From the NCBI RefSeq assembly GCF_001194135.2, contig NC_068988.1, positions 62,065,349 through 62,101,114 of the forward strand: a stretch of DNA of 35,766 bases, in the 5' to 3' direction. The first letter of the stretch is position 1. The number at the start of each line of letters is the position of its first letter. The notes below the pieces were generated by a model. That model did not search any database, was not told where the DNA came from, and saw only the letters and a list, made by a program, of their open reading frames with translations. Origin of the DNA: Octopus bimaculoides. Taxonomy: Eukaryota. Made by a program: the position numbers and the translations under genes. Of this stretch, positions 11,756-24,838 are shown in pieces.

Positions 11756-12759
11756 TATAGGTATGTCAGTTATTCAAAAATAATAGCTTTTCGAAAGCTA
11801 ATTGTGACGCCAATGACGGAAAAGTCATTGTTATTTTATATATTGTTGATAGCGAGTATTGTCTGGTAGGCGACAAGTGGACGGTATGCTAAAAACATGT
11901 TATCTGGCATTTCCGACTCCCTTGCTAGACGGTTCGCATTTTCGAACGATAAATAGCTGCGTTCTTAGCACTGCAGGTCTATACGAGAAAACCCCTCAAG
12001 ACGAAAACATCAGTATTTAGTGTCACAATCTACATTCAATATGATATAAAGATTGCCATTTGACATCATTTCTGCTTTCATCGCAAAAGTTTATTTTTCA
12101 ATGAGCGTACTGGTTATTTGCAATATCAGTGGTAACATATTCACTCTTATCCTATACATCGTTGAAAGGGAGATTTCGAATATTTACTAGTGAGGGATCG
12201 CATTACTCTGAAATAACGTTATGTAGCAGTTCCGGTGCACATGCCAGATAGTTCTTGATATATGGTTGTACGCTTAGCATTTCACAACATCATAGTAGTG
12301 TCTACCTAGGTAACTGCCACAGTTTTCAGTGTTATGATAATACGACCACATTAAGTAGGACGCAATGATTGCCGTTCGTGAATATTAGCGACAAAAGCAG
12401 TCGGTATATATATACAGACAGACAGACAGACAGACACACACACACACATATGTTAAATAAGATATCAGGTGAAAAATCAAAGAAATCTTGTACAGATAAA
12501 GATTATAAATCCATTAAAATATGTACAAAGTCGAGTGGTTTTGCTTCGCTAATCATGATTCAACGTTATGAAATCATAATATGTTTTTGATTTAATCTTT
12601 CGCAGAAGCAGGCATGATAAATTGTTGCGGTTATAAAGGAGAGTATAGCTCACGGGAATAATAAGTGAATTAGGTAAGGGATAATCAGTGGATATAATAC
12701 TTCTTGGCTAAGGTGAGGTTAATATTTTTACCGCTTTCTGTATTTTGTTTTTTGTGAAG

Positions 12760-13595
12760 TCCATTATATATTCATTTGAAATTTTGGTTAGTATTTTTCT
12801 ATAAATGTAGCCTCTTTATTTAGTCGTTGTTGAGTTGAGATCCTTTCTGTGTGTTGGTATTGTAGAGATATTGTGAATTCTGATTGGCGTTCCTTAGCAC
12901 ATCTGTGTATATGAAAACTAAGTGGTATATGACCGTATTAGGGGTGATAGATTTTTTGTTTGTCTAGCGTAGACCTACCTCTTCGGGACATTCCTGTTGA
13001 ACCTATATAATTCCCACTGCAGCCGGAACATGTTATGACGTAGATAAGTATTTCAGTGGCGCAAGTGAAGCCAGTTTTAATTTTAAATTATTGACCTTGA
13101 TTAAAATGGAATACCACATTTTCTTTGTCGACACTTTTTAACTGTTGATTATAGTTTTGCATTTGTGAGTATCCACTTTAGTGGTGTGGGCTGTTTATTG
13201 CTTTTAATGATTTTATGGGTGTGTAGAATTTCAAACAGCTTCATGTCGTTATTTAGCATTGGGAGGTTTTGGATAATAGTATGATATGTTTCGTTGTGTC
13301 TGGGTTTGTATGTGGAAATATAAGGTAATATTTTTAGAGTGGGTGTTTTGTTTAACCTGTTTTAGTGTTTGTATATTAATTCATTTTGCACGGTTTATCC
13401 CATCATATGTAAGTGAAGTTGGGTAGTGTCTGTCGACGAGTATGGGTTTTTGTTCTTGTAGGCTGATTTGTCTGGTGCATATTCTTATTGCTAGATTGAA
13501 TGGGATATTTATTTTAATATGTTTCGAGTCGTATAAGCAAAATACTAAGTATTGTTTCGAGTCTGTAGTTTGGGTAAAATATATCAGTTTCTGTT
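12760..13595 (-). mobile_element. Penelope-like element remnant (RT thumb, linker, GIY-YIG endonuclease)
   Basis: The minus strand gives TDSKQYL...KHIKINIPFNLAIRICT (RT thumb), IYVITCSGCSGNYIGSTG at about 12995-13046 (GIY-YIG) and KEATFIEKY (terminal E..FI motif), with stops and frameshifts between them. Confidence 0.85.
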
Positions 13596-13972
13596 TTTAA
13601 TTTATGTTATCATATTTATATTATACCTTCTACTACGCATGATTAATCAAAAGCTTATTATGATTTCATGACATTGAGTCATGATTAGTGAAGAGAAAGC
13701 AGTTGACTATGTACATATTGTAATGGATTATATAAATTTATCTATAAAAATTAAGATTTCTGTGCTTTTTCATCTTAAATTTTATTTTATATTTACTACC
13801 CCGTGGAATCCCCCTCCGAATATTTCACCTGTGTTTGCGTGCGTGTGCGTGTGCATATGTGTGCGCGTCTGTGTGTGCTTGTGTGTGTCTGTGTGTGTGC
13901 GCGTTGTGCGTGTGTTTATACGCATCCTTTTATATAAGTGTGTTTGTATATATATATATATATATATATATA

Positions 13973-14496
13973 ATCAAACATCCAGTCAACATCATAGTGT
14001 TTGGAGTCATCATTAGTGATGGCGACATTATACCTGCATTTAACTTTCCACACGGTCTCACACTCAACACGGAGACCTAAATCAATTGCCTGGAGGAGGT
14101 AGTGCTACCACGTGCCATGAGGGTGGCTGTTGGAACACTCTATGTCTGGTAACAAAGTCTGTACAATACCACACAAGCAGGAGAACCCACTCGTAGCTGT
14201 CAAACAATTTCTGCGACCACATCACCCCTAACATCTTGTCGCCTCCCAGACTGCAACTCCCTTGACTAGTTTTTCTAGAGCGCAGTTGAACGAGAGAACA
14301 ACAGAACTCCTTGTGACACCAAAGATGAACTGAAAGCAATGATTATGGAAGCATTCTTCAACTAAAACAAGGAGACCGTTCATGAGAGTTGCAGGAGATT
14401 CCGAAGTCGCATCAAGGCCGTGGTTGATGCCAAGTTATTTTATTGGAAATATTTACTCTTTCGTATTTCAAAATATTTTAATGTAATTTTGGTAAT
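13973..14496 (+). mobile_element. maT/DD37D-like Tc1-mariner transposase, 3' half (fossil); the element continues at 15121-15185
   Basis: Translates as IKHPVNIIVFGVIISDGDIIPAFNFPHGLTLNTET*INCLEEVVLP...PDCNSLD (14246-14266, like SPDCNPLDY)...TPCDTKDELKAMIMEAF...CRRFRSRIKAVV. Confidence 0.8.
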
Positions 14497-14498
14497 TA

Positions 14499-15119
14499 CG
14501 TGGTCATATCAATAATATCCAGACTGATGATATAGTAACGAAGCTAAAGAATGCAGAGTAATGCCGCTTAGCACACATTGCCCTTAGACACTACGGTGCA
14601 CGCACATTAGGTTTTAGCGTTTTAGCTCACGTCCAATGTTTACTTGGAAGGAACGTGTGTAGCGAGAGACCGTCGCATTGACCATGAGAGAGAAGGTTGA
14701 TCGGAGAATCTGTATCAAGTTTTACCGAAAGTTTTGCGATACCTGCTCAGAGGCCTATGCAAAGTTTTCAAAAAAATGTTATCGTTCTCGACACCATCAA
14801 GGAGATCTTGTGCAACAGAAATCACATTTTTTTTCTTTTGGTCGGCTGAAAGCAGTTTTGACACAAACTTCACAGACACGCGTTTAACCCTCTGAGAAGA
14901 TATTGCCATGACAACTTTCTCTGTCATGTTCAATGCGACGATCACGCTACACCCGCTCCTTCCAAGTACTGCTGTCAACAGCGGAAGTGAGCTAGAACGC
15001 GGAAAGCTTGGATGCTTGCACAGCAGAGTTTAAGGCCAATTTTTGCCAAGCAGCTTCACTGTGTGTGCTTTATATTCGTTACTATGGTGACAGATCGGAT
15101 ACTTATTGATCAGACCTCG
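14499..15119. mobile_element. Non-autonomous palindromic mariner derivative made of two convergent left ends, inserted at a TA
   Basis: The termini TA|CGTGGTCATATCAATAATATCCAGACTG and (reverse complement) CGAGGTCTGATCAATAAGTATCCGATCTG are mariner-type TIRs. The ~200-bp arms are about 75% identical by my hand alignment of 73 bp. The plus strand encodes MREKVDRRICIKF (mariner N-terminus) and the minus strand encodes VKRVSVKFVSKLLSADQK...FLKTL. Confidence 0.8.
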
Positions 15120-15120
15120 A

Positions 15121-15185
15121 ATATCAGTTAAAATGAGATGTCAGTGTTATTTTCATTTTTGCCTCAATTAGACGACAATATATTG
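15121..15185 (+). mobile_element. Continuation of the maT-like 3' end after the nested insertion
   Basis: ATATCAGTTAAAATGAGATGTCAGTGTTATTTTCATTTTTGC matches the uninterrupted copy at 20871-20915. Confidence 0.8.
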
Positions 15186-15186
15186 A

Positions 15187-15247
<61 letters not shown>

Positions 15248-15269
15248 TGTGTGCGCGCGTGCGTGTCAC

Positions 15270-15451
15270 AGCCGCTTGACATTCGGTGTTAGTCTATTTA
15301 CATTTCCGTAACTTAGCCGTTCAGTAGAACAAAACGATTGAATAAGTTACCGTCTTAAAAAAAAATAAAGTATAAGTTCCACTAAAATTCTGCAAGGCGA
15401 TGCCCCAGCTTGGCCGTGGTTTAATAACTGAAACATGTAAAAGATAAAAGA
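15270..15451 (+). mobile_element. SINE family 1, 3' module
   Basis: CCGTAACTTAGCCGTTC...AAGGCGATGCCCCAGCTTGGCCG...ACTGAAACATGTAAAAGATAAAAGA. Confidence 0.75.
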
Positions 15452-16159
15452 CAAATAATAGTGTTCATTTTGAATAATTTTGTTGAAACTTATTTTGTAT
15501 TATTTAAATGAGAAACCATATCATAGACTACTTTAGTTACATCTTCGATTACATCAAGGAATAAAAAGGATTTTCAATTAAACCATTTTAATGCATGTTT
15601 GTATCCTATTTTCATATGGTTACACATGCTTTTGTAAGTAACAGTCTTATGATAAATATCTGCTCCAACCAAAAATATTCAAGAAATTTCGTTTATACAG
15701 AAAAATTAAGAATTATTTCAGAAAAATTCTTGCAGCAGTAGATTGTTAAAAGAGTCCATATATTAACTCTTCGTTTATCTTGATAGTAATGTCTTGTGTT
15801 TGGTTGTAATAATCTAACATAATTAAAATGATAAATAGCCTTTTACTTTGATCTGTGTAATAATGGTAACATATTCCATTATATGATCGCCACATCAAAA
15901 ACGACGTGTCGTTCACAATTAATTGCATATTAGATGCCGGGAAATTAGAAAGAAAAAAAGAAGCATAACGCTTAGGTTTATTATTTCTGCATGTATTACT
16001 ATTATAATTTGTTAAGAAATTTTTTTTGGTGATGGTAATAGTTAGTTATATTAATGGTGTAAAGTAAATCATCTGAGATTGTTATTTAGAAACACTGGAA
16101 TTGCAAAACTCCCAGAAAAAGTTAAGGGGTAAACAGAATTCATTAAAAAATATACAAGA

Positions 16160-16227
<68 letters not shown>

Positions 16228-16347
16228 TACTACTACTGTTTATGCCGCTGCTACTACTATTACAATTACTACTACTTATGCTGCTGCTTCTACTACTACT
16301 AATTATGCTGCTGCTACTATGCTACTACGACAACTACTACAACAACA

Positions 16348-16399
<52 letters not shown>

Positions 16400-16441
16400 A
16401 TTATACTGCTGCCACTACTACTATTACTAATTTTGCTGCTG

Positions 16442-16508
<67 letters not shown>
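16160..16508. repeat. Interrupted (CTA)n microsatellite with CTG, CAA and TTA variants
   Basis: Read directly. It is the source of the poly-L, poly-Y and poly-S ORFs. Confidence 0.95.
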
Positions 16509-17014
16509 AAAACATCGCTGATTTGCGGGGAAGTTTGGTTGGGAAAATTGATTTCAGCTTTTGACTTGCTCCTGATTTTCTCATTCTTGAAGAGAGAAAA
16601 GATAATACTTCATAGGTAGGCTTAGCAATTCATCATGTGCTGAAATGATCGTAGTATTAATTACAAAGTATAACTTGGGCGTAAATTATAACGCATACTA
16701 TGACAATTTAATCTTCCGATTGTATGACTCCTTATGAAAACCTCAGTGGGAATTAAACCTAGAACCTAGAATATAATGAGCTCGAAATAAATTCGGCGAT
16801 ATCAGTCGTTCGAAAAGTTACTGCTTATCTAGCGCCCTCTATTATTTCTAGGATGCACAGTGACCTGAATTCACCCACGATCGGCATGTTTCATTAAATA
16901 GATTCAGCATTCAACTGGAAGTTACTTCATGAAACACGGAATGGTACGGGGCAAGTTTGACCGCAACAGATTTGCGGTAAAACAAAAAGGACTGGATCAA
17001 ATATCATAATAAAT

Positions 17015-17485
17015 TCACGTATCTTAAGAGGGAATGAAACAAGCTTTCGTAAAGGCAGATCAACGCTTCCACAGCTCATTATCACATACAAAATTTATCT
17101 CAAGGCTAAAGAATTTTGCAGGACATTTATGGCCATGTTACATATTCTTTTGAAATATTGTATCGAAGCCGCTACTTTCATGTATGAGAATCCAGAAAAC
17201 GTGATGTAAAAATCAAAAGTTTCCCATTTTCCAATAACAGCAAACATCCGTCACGGAAACTCTTTTCTTTTCTTTATTGTAATGGCCTATATTATTATGC
17301 CGTATCAAAAACAGTGGCCCCCAGCATGTAAGAGAAGCAATCACTGCTTCGGCAGACCTTGAACATCTTAATGGCCATGTCTTGACAGTTCATCAACTAG
17401 GTGATGCTCGATATTTAGTAACATCACTTGAGGAAGCAGTGGCCAAACTCGGCCTCTTTCTCAATGCAAAGAAAACTGAATGATG
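17015..17485 (+). mobile_element. RTE-like LINE reverse transcriptase remnant
   Basis: RILRGNETSFRKGRSTLPQL (like ILRKNQNGFRKGRST..Q), MYENP, and LGDARYLVTSLEEAVAKLGLFLNAKKTE (like LL.SLEEAAA.VGL..NAKKTE). The YADD region is degenerate. Confidence 0.7.
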
Positions 17486-17771
17486 CAACACAGTTTCTAC
17501 TCATTAATTTTCACCAGACATCATCACTAGTTTCCTTTATATTTCATAGTTTACTTTATATCCATAATATGTTATTCTGTGTGGTGTGTATACGTATGCA
17601 GGACTCACATATTGTACTCAAAATATATTTAATATACTCCTCTTATACACGATTTAGAAATTAGGCAATATGTATACTGTAGCACCAGCCTGAAGAAGTA
17701 TACTTAGTATTTGATCATTCAGCAGAAAGCATTGCCTTAGTGATGATGTCTATAATATTCAGTCTTAGAAA

Positions 17772-17990
17772 GGCGGCCAGCTGGCAGAGACGTTAGTACG
17801 CCGGGCGAAATGCTTAGCGGCCGTCCGTCTGTCTTTACGTTCTGAGTTCAAATTCCACCGAGGTCGACTTTGCCTTTCATCATTTCGGGGTCGATAAATT
17901 AAGTATCAGTTGCGTACTGGGATCGATCTAATCGACTTGCCCCCACCCACCAAAAAAGAATTTCAGACTTTGTGCCTAGGGTAGAAAGGA
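17772..17990 (+). mobile_element. SINE family 2, full head plus core
   Basis: GGCGGCCAGCTGGCAGAGACGTTAG...GAGTTCAAATTCC...GCCTTTCATCATTTCGGGGTCGATAAATTAAG. Confidence 0.9.
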
Positions 17991-18069
17991 ATATCCTGTC
18001 TTAAAACAATGAATTAGTTTCAAACAAAATTGTGTAGAATAGTACAGTCAACAATAATTCCTAATATAT

Positions 18070-18405
18070 GCACCAGGCCTGAAATGTTATGCTTAATTGA
18101 TCCAGAAAGGAGAACAGATAAAAGCAACCTCGGCGGGATTTGAGTTCATAACAGGCAAAATGTCGAAGAGCATTTTGTTCGGTGTCCTAAGGATTCGATG
18201 AGATCACCGCCGTATGTTACTAGATAATGGCTTCAAGTAATTGGCACAAGGTCAACAATTTTGGCGGAAGGGCTAAGTCGATTATGTCGACCCCGGTGCT
18301 CTACTGGTACATATGTTATCGACACCGAAAGGGATGAAGGGCAAAGTCGACCTCAGCGGAATATGAACTCAGAAGGCATTTTGTCCGGCGTGCTAAAGAT
18401 TCTCA
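18070..18405 (-). mobile_element. Two degenerate SINE family 2 copies (about 18070-18212 and 18243-18403)
   Basis: Reverse-complement cores AAAGCAACCTCGGCGGGATTTGAG and GGGATGAAGGGCAAAGTCGACCTCAGCGGAATATGAACTCAGAA. Confidence 0.75.
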
Positions 18406-18411
18406 TTTCAA

Positions 18412-18620
18412 GGAACCAAACATAGAGGGGACAAACACGGACAGACAAGGGGAACATGCCGATTACATCGGCTCCAGTGCGTAACTGGTACTTAATTTAT
18501 GGAGCCCGAAGGGATGAAAGGCAAAGTCGACCTCGGCGGAATTTGAACTCAGAACGTAGCAGTAGACGAAATACCGCTAAGCATTTCGCCCGACGTGCTA
18601 ATGTTGCACGCTTGCCGCCT
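18412..18620 (-). mobile_element. SINE family 2, well-preserved copy
   Basis: GGGATGAAAGGCAAAGTCGACCTCGGCGGAATTTGAACTCAGAACG...CATTTCGCCCGACGTGCTAA...GCCGCCT. Confidence 0.9.
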
Positions 18621-18988
18621 TATTAAGCAATTCTTATTGCCAAAATAAGCAATATTTGTTTATTATGTATATATTTATATAATATAGCACACAATTTGTA
18701 TAGAGGTACACTTCTCTTTCTCTTTCTCTCCACCTCTCTTTCTGTCTGTCTCACTCTCTCACTCTCTCACTCTCTCACTCTCTCTCCCTTTAATATTGGT
18801 AGTAAGTTATGAAGTATAAACATTAACAGTGCACATATATAAAATATAGTCTTTGGAGCTATCAATGTTTCCTAACACTGAAATAATATAATACAGAAAT
18901 GAGTTTACATACTTATATACAATATATATGTGTATGTGCGGATATATGTGTATATATTTGTGTGTGTGCGTGCGTCTGTGTATCTATC

Positions 18989-19027
<39 letters not shown>

Positions 19028-19150
19028 GTGTGTGTGGATCCATGTACAAATACTTGCGTTGATGTATTTCTAATACGTGTTTCAGATTGTCTCATCGGGA
19101 AACAAACAGACACACATAACACGTACAACACACACACACACACACGCAAT

Positions 19151-19152
19151 GA

Positions 19153-19205
<53 letters not shown>
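19151..19205. repeat. (ATCT)n tetranucleotide microsatellite
   Basis: Read directly from the sequence. Confidence 0.95.
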
Positions 19206-19539
19206 GTTTATATATATACATAAATATNNNNNNNNNNATATATACAAATACACACACGCGTGCACAATACACAAGTATATACATAGATACTTCCATTTTT
19301 ATTAGGCGATAACTATCCGAATTTGACATATTTATATGTTCTTTCTGAATATCTAAAAAAGTTGAGAACATTCTCGTTCATATTTGTTATCGAAATATTC
19401 TTAAGTGTATTACAATACCATTAACGACTTATTCTCTTACATCATACGCCGTATCTTCAAAAGTATGTAGATGTTTCTTTATACGCCCTCATGTATTATT
19501 CAAGCAAATTTTTTTCATCGTTCATCATTTGCCTTTGAT

Positions 19540-19745
19540 TTAAGTCATTGAACTCTGGTCCTGTTCAGGTACTACCTTGAAGAATTTAGTCCAACAAATC
19601 ACTCTCAGTTCTTACGTCTGAAGTCTGGTACAGTACCTATTAGACAGTTTTGTAGAATTGCTAAACGACGGGGTTGCAAATAAACGAATTCAGTCTTTCG
19701 AACGGTGTGGGGTAAGAAACACGAACACAAAGACGTAGATACACG
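19540..19745 (-). mobile_element. SINE family 1, degenerate 3' module
   Basis: AGTCATTGAAC...TACCTTGAAGAATTTAGTCCAAC...TGCTAAACGACGGGG resembles the module at 1-200 and 6560-6770. Confidence 0.55.
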
Positions 19746-20777
19746 CGCGCACACACACACGTACACACATGCACAAACACAAACACAACACACATGGATT
19801 ATATGTATATCTGATGAGCTTCCACACAATGTCTGTCTACCAAATAGCTTCACAAGGAATTGTTCGGGTTTTGAACCACAATAGAAAATAGCCGGGGTGC
19901 CTTGTATTTACGATGACTGCAAAACCATGTGGCTACAATGAGAGCTCAGAGAATGGTTTCATGATATGAATCTCTTTCTATTCTTATTTCTAAATGCTCA
20001 CGCAGTCAAATTCTTCACTTCAAGTACAACGAAGAAACCAAAACACATTATTACACTTCAAAGAATTGCTGGTGAATTCTCTCCAGATATTGATATGGAT
20101 GAAAATGTTGGGCTTTATGGAATATGCGACAAAAATCTGATGTTGTTCATAGCTATTATAGCAATGAAACACCCGAACTCCATAAACGGTCAACTGAAAC
20201 CGTAATGTAAAAGAAAAAGAGAAAAATGTGGAGGAAATTTAACAGCGATAGCAATGCAGGTAGTTTAACAACTTTAATATCATTGGTGTATTACAGAATA
20301 CTTCTCAAAGCTAATATTCTAAGAGCTTAATTCACATAAATAAGCATCAAATGAGAACTGTAATAAATATAAACTCAGAATATAAATAAAAATGCGATAT
20401 TCTGCAGTTAGCTCCCTTGTCCAGTGTATATGCTATACAGCGCAGGTAGTAATTCGTGCATTTTACGTTTACATAGCAAACCACGTAATCACAACATGGA
20501 AAAAGAGGAAACAATAGTTAATCATCTACCAATATAAATCAAACAACATAAAATAAGCAAAAAAAAAAAAAATTAATTAAATAAAGGCTTATTTCAAGAG
20601 ACAAATTCCCATTGCGTATTAATACGAGAATATTCACAAAGAATTTATGCAAACACAATAAAAATACCACACTCTCATAAATTACGTCACTCTAAAATCA
20701 ACGCTTTATATACAACAATGCAGAAGCCGATAAAGCACTGCAAACGACGGCAGGCTAACAGTGACACTGTTTAAAAC

Positions 20778-20946
20778 CAACTTAAACAAGAAGACCGGCT
20801 GTGGTTGAAGCCAATGGCAATTTTATTGAATGAATTTACTGTTTACTATTTCAAGATATTTTTGGTAAATATATCTGTTAAAATGCGATGTTAGAGTTAT
20901 TTTCATTTTTACGTAATTTAAGCGACAGTTTACTCACCGCACCCTG
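20778..20946 (+). mobile_element. 3' terminal fragment of the maT-like element with right TIR (...CTCACCGCACCCTG|TA)
   Basis: GGCTGTGGTTGAAGCCAATGGC...TATTTCAAGATATTTTTGGTAAATATATCTGTTAAAATG aligns with 14416-14496 joined to 15121-15180, and ends in CCCTG followed by TA. Confidence 0.8.
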
Positions 20947-21859
20947 TATGTAACATAAGATCTTTCTTCAGAAGAAGGAGAAACAACTGTATAATGTAAT
21001 TATACATATGTAATATTTCTGAGACTGCGTGGCCATTAAAGCTCCAATAGCTTTCATAATGGGTTCCTAAATCAGAAATGATATATAACAAAATAATACA
21101 GAAAACAAGAGCACCCAATAATAAGTACGAACCTATGTCAAAAACCTCAGAGAGAGCAGACCTTCGATATGGTATTTCTTTTTATACTATTAGAAATAGC
21201 AGCAAAATTCACACGGCTCACCTATTTAACCACTGAAATCAAACGAGACATTTAATGATGTAATGGATACTCTGGAAGTTGACAGAATGCTAAATGTCGA
21301 AATGAAGCATACATGTAACGTTAGAGTTTTGGTAGTAACAACTCAAAAACTATAGAATATATACATACATACACACACATACATTACTACCACACAGATA
21401 TGTATATACGCGTCAGGTAGCTGATATATTAGAAATTACATTTGCTTTATTAATGATATAAAGTGTTCTCTGCCAAAAATAGATAAAAATATACAAGAAT
21501 AAGATCTCATAGCAATTAGGTTTTCTGATAAAATTACAAAATTACTATAGTAAATTAAAGAAAAAAAGGATTGAAGAATCATATAAATATAAACAAGAAT
21601 ACTGATGGAAAAATGGAAGCGGCACTAAAACTTTTAAGATGAACACAGAGAAAAAAGATGGAGATATTGACGCAAATATCTTACATAATAGGGTAGCCGG
21701 CAATTATATTCCAAAACGTATTTAGGATTTCTGATGTATAGCTCACGATCAGTTTGGTGACAAATTACATTGTATTAGCAATCCATCGCCAAGGTATATA
21801 GTGTGACTTCATACACACATAGACAAACACACACACACACACACACATATATAGACATA

Positions 21860-21896
<37 letters not shown>

Positions 21897-22394
21897 CATA
21901 TATATGCATAAGTGTATGTATATATATATATATATATATATTGATATATACATATACATATACANNNNNNNNNNATATATATATATATATATATATGCAT
22001 ATTTGCTATATATATGCATATTTGCTTATATATGTAGACATAAGTGTGTATATGTATGCATATATAGGAATGTGTACGTAAGATGGCAAAAAGCATACGC
22101 ACAGCTTAGCTAACGTCATTATGTCGCTACGTTAGATTGCGTTCAAAGACAATATAAAATATAATGGTAGCCGACCATTTTGATTAAACAAGATAGTTCA
22201 AATAATTAGCAGAGATAATTGCATAATACCGTGTGCCATTAATCTTTTATATTTTTAAGCCAGTTTAATCTCTTTTTCGTTGTAAATATATTCAGACGTA
22301 TTTAGTTTTTGCTTTATATTTCACACGTAATCTTTCGCGATTCTTGATTCGTTCATTCTGCTTGCTTCTCTGAATCTATTAGTTTGTTATCGTG

Positions 22395-22474
22395 CTTCTT
22401 CTTCTTCTTCTTCTTCTTCTTCTTCTTCTTCTTCTTCTTCTTCTTCTTCTTCTTCTTCTTCTTCTTCTTCTTCT
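22395..22474. repeat. (CTT)n microsatellite running into a 474-N gap
   Basis: Read directly from the sequence. Confidence 0.97.
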
Positions 22475-23194
22475 NNNNNNNNNNNNNNNNNNNNNNNNNN
22501 NNNNNNNNNNNNNNNNNNNNNNNNNNNNNNNNNNNNNNNNNNNNNNNNNNNNNNNNNNNNNNNNNNNNNNNNNNNNNNNNNNNNNNNNNNNNNNNNNNNN
22601 NNNNNNNNNNNNNNNNNNNNNNNNNNNNNNNNNNNNNNNNNNNNNNNNNNNNNNNNNNNNNNNNNNNNNNNNNNNNNNNNNNNNNNNNNNNNNNNNNNNN
22701 NNNNNNNNNNNNNNNNNNNNNNNNNNNNNNNNNNNNNNNNNNNNNNNNNNNNNNNNNNNNNNNNNNNNNNNNNNNNNNNNNNNNNNNNNNNNNNNNNNNN
22801 NNNNNNNNNNNNNNNNNNNNNNNNNNNNNNNNNNNNNNNNNNNNNNNNNNNNNNNNNNNNNNNNNNNNNNNNNNNNNNNNNNNNNNNNNNNNNNNNNNNN
22901 NNNNNNNNNNNNNNNNNNNNNNNNNNNNNNNNNNNNNNNNNNNNNNNNCAACTCCATCTCTCCACCTCTTTCTCTTTCCTCTGCTCATCCTTTCCCCCTC
23001 TTCATACTCCTTAAACCATATTACCTATCTTCTTACTCTATAATACGTTTTAAACAAACATTTCAAACACTGTTCCACATATATACCTCTTCATCTCTAT
23101 CTTTTTTAACACGTGTTTCATTTGCTTTTCCACTCTGTTACCACCTTGAAGCCTTCTGCACCCTATCTCACGTTGAATAAAGGATTTAATGCAA

Positions 23195-24110
<916 letters not shown>

Positions 24111-24789
24111 TTGCTATTACTATATGTATTATGTTCATTATTAACATTTCTATTACTTTAATACCATTATCATTATTACATCATTCAAACCTATTAAACG
24201 TTGTTTTGTTTTTTTGAATTGTGATGCATTTTCGTGTTTTGTTTTTCTTCTTCAATTTAAAATGTATATACATTTAATAAAAAAACAGCTATGTTACAAA
24301 CTGAAGGTAAAAACGTGAAAACAAAAACCTCATTATATTATAATATATTATGTTATAATATATATTCAAATAAATGTCACTGAAATAAGAAACAAGAAAT
24401 CCGTATTATTCAGTATGCAATTTAATTGTCAGTAATATCTTTGCAATTATTCTAAGAAGAAATCAAAAATTGAACAACAAACCCGTTACGAACCATTCTT
24501 TCAATGATTGTTTAACATTTTATTGTTTTCGTTGTAAATGGATATATTTCCTTCTCAACTTTTCCAATTTAAAAACGAAAGTGAAGGAAGATTGCCTAGT
24601 GGCCTTCTGTCACATCATTTTCTAGAATAAAATGTCTTCCTGTTTCTAAGCTAAGTATTACTGCATTTTTCATTTTCTCAACTGTGTATACATACTTATA
24701 TAGATGCACACATAAATACAAAACTGAGTATCAACCTATATTCACAAGCATTTATATATATATATACATATATATATATATGTGTGTGT

Positions 24790-24838
<49 letters not shown>

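Noticed and set aside
11813-11959. Signal-peptide-like MTEKSLLFYILLIASIVW followed by TAG
   Set aside because: Short hydrophobic runs are common in T-rich DNA, the donor is weak, and the frame closes again after 28 codons.
12606-12673. INCCGYKG resembling a tetraspanin CCG motif
   Set aside because: There is an in-frame stop before the donor, no other tetraspanin features, and it lies at the end of the Penelope-like remnant.
19966-20205. Weak piggyBac-like echoes (ILHFKYNE; SPDIDMDENVGLYG) in the ORF region
   Set aside because: The motifs are in different frames with the wrong spacing and no terminal repeats or TTAA were seen. A profile search is needed to decide.
21222-21271. Minus-strand segment with a strong acceptor and donor
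   Set aside because: It has stops in all three frames. I used it as evidence of the chance background for splice-like signals.
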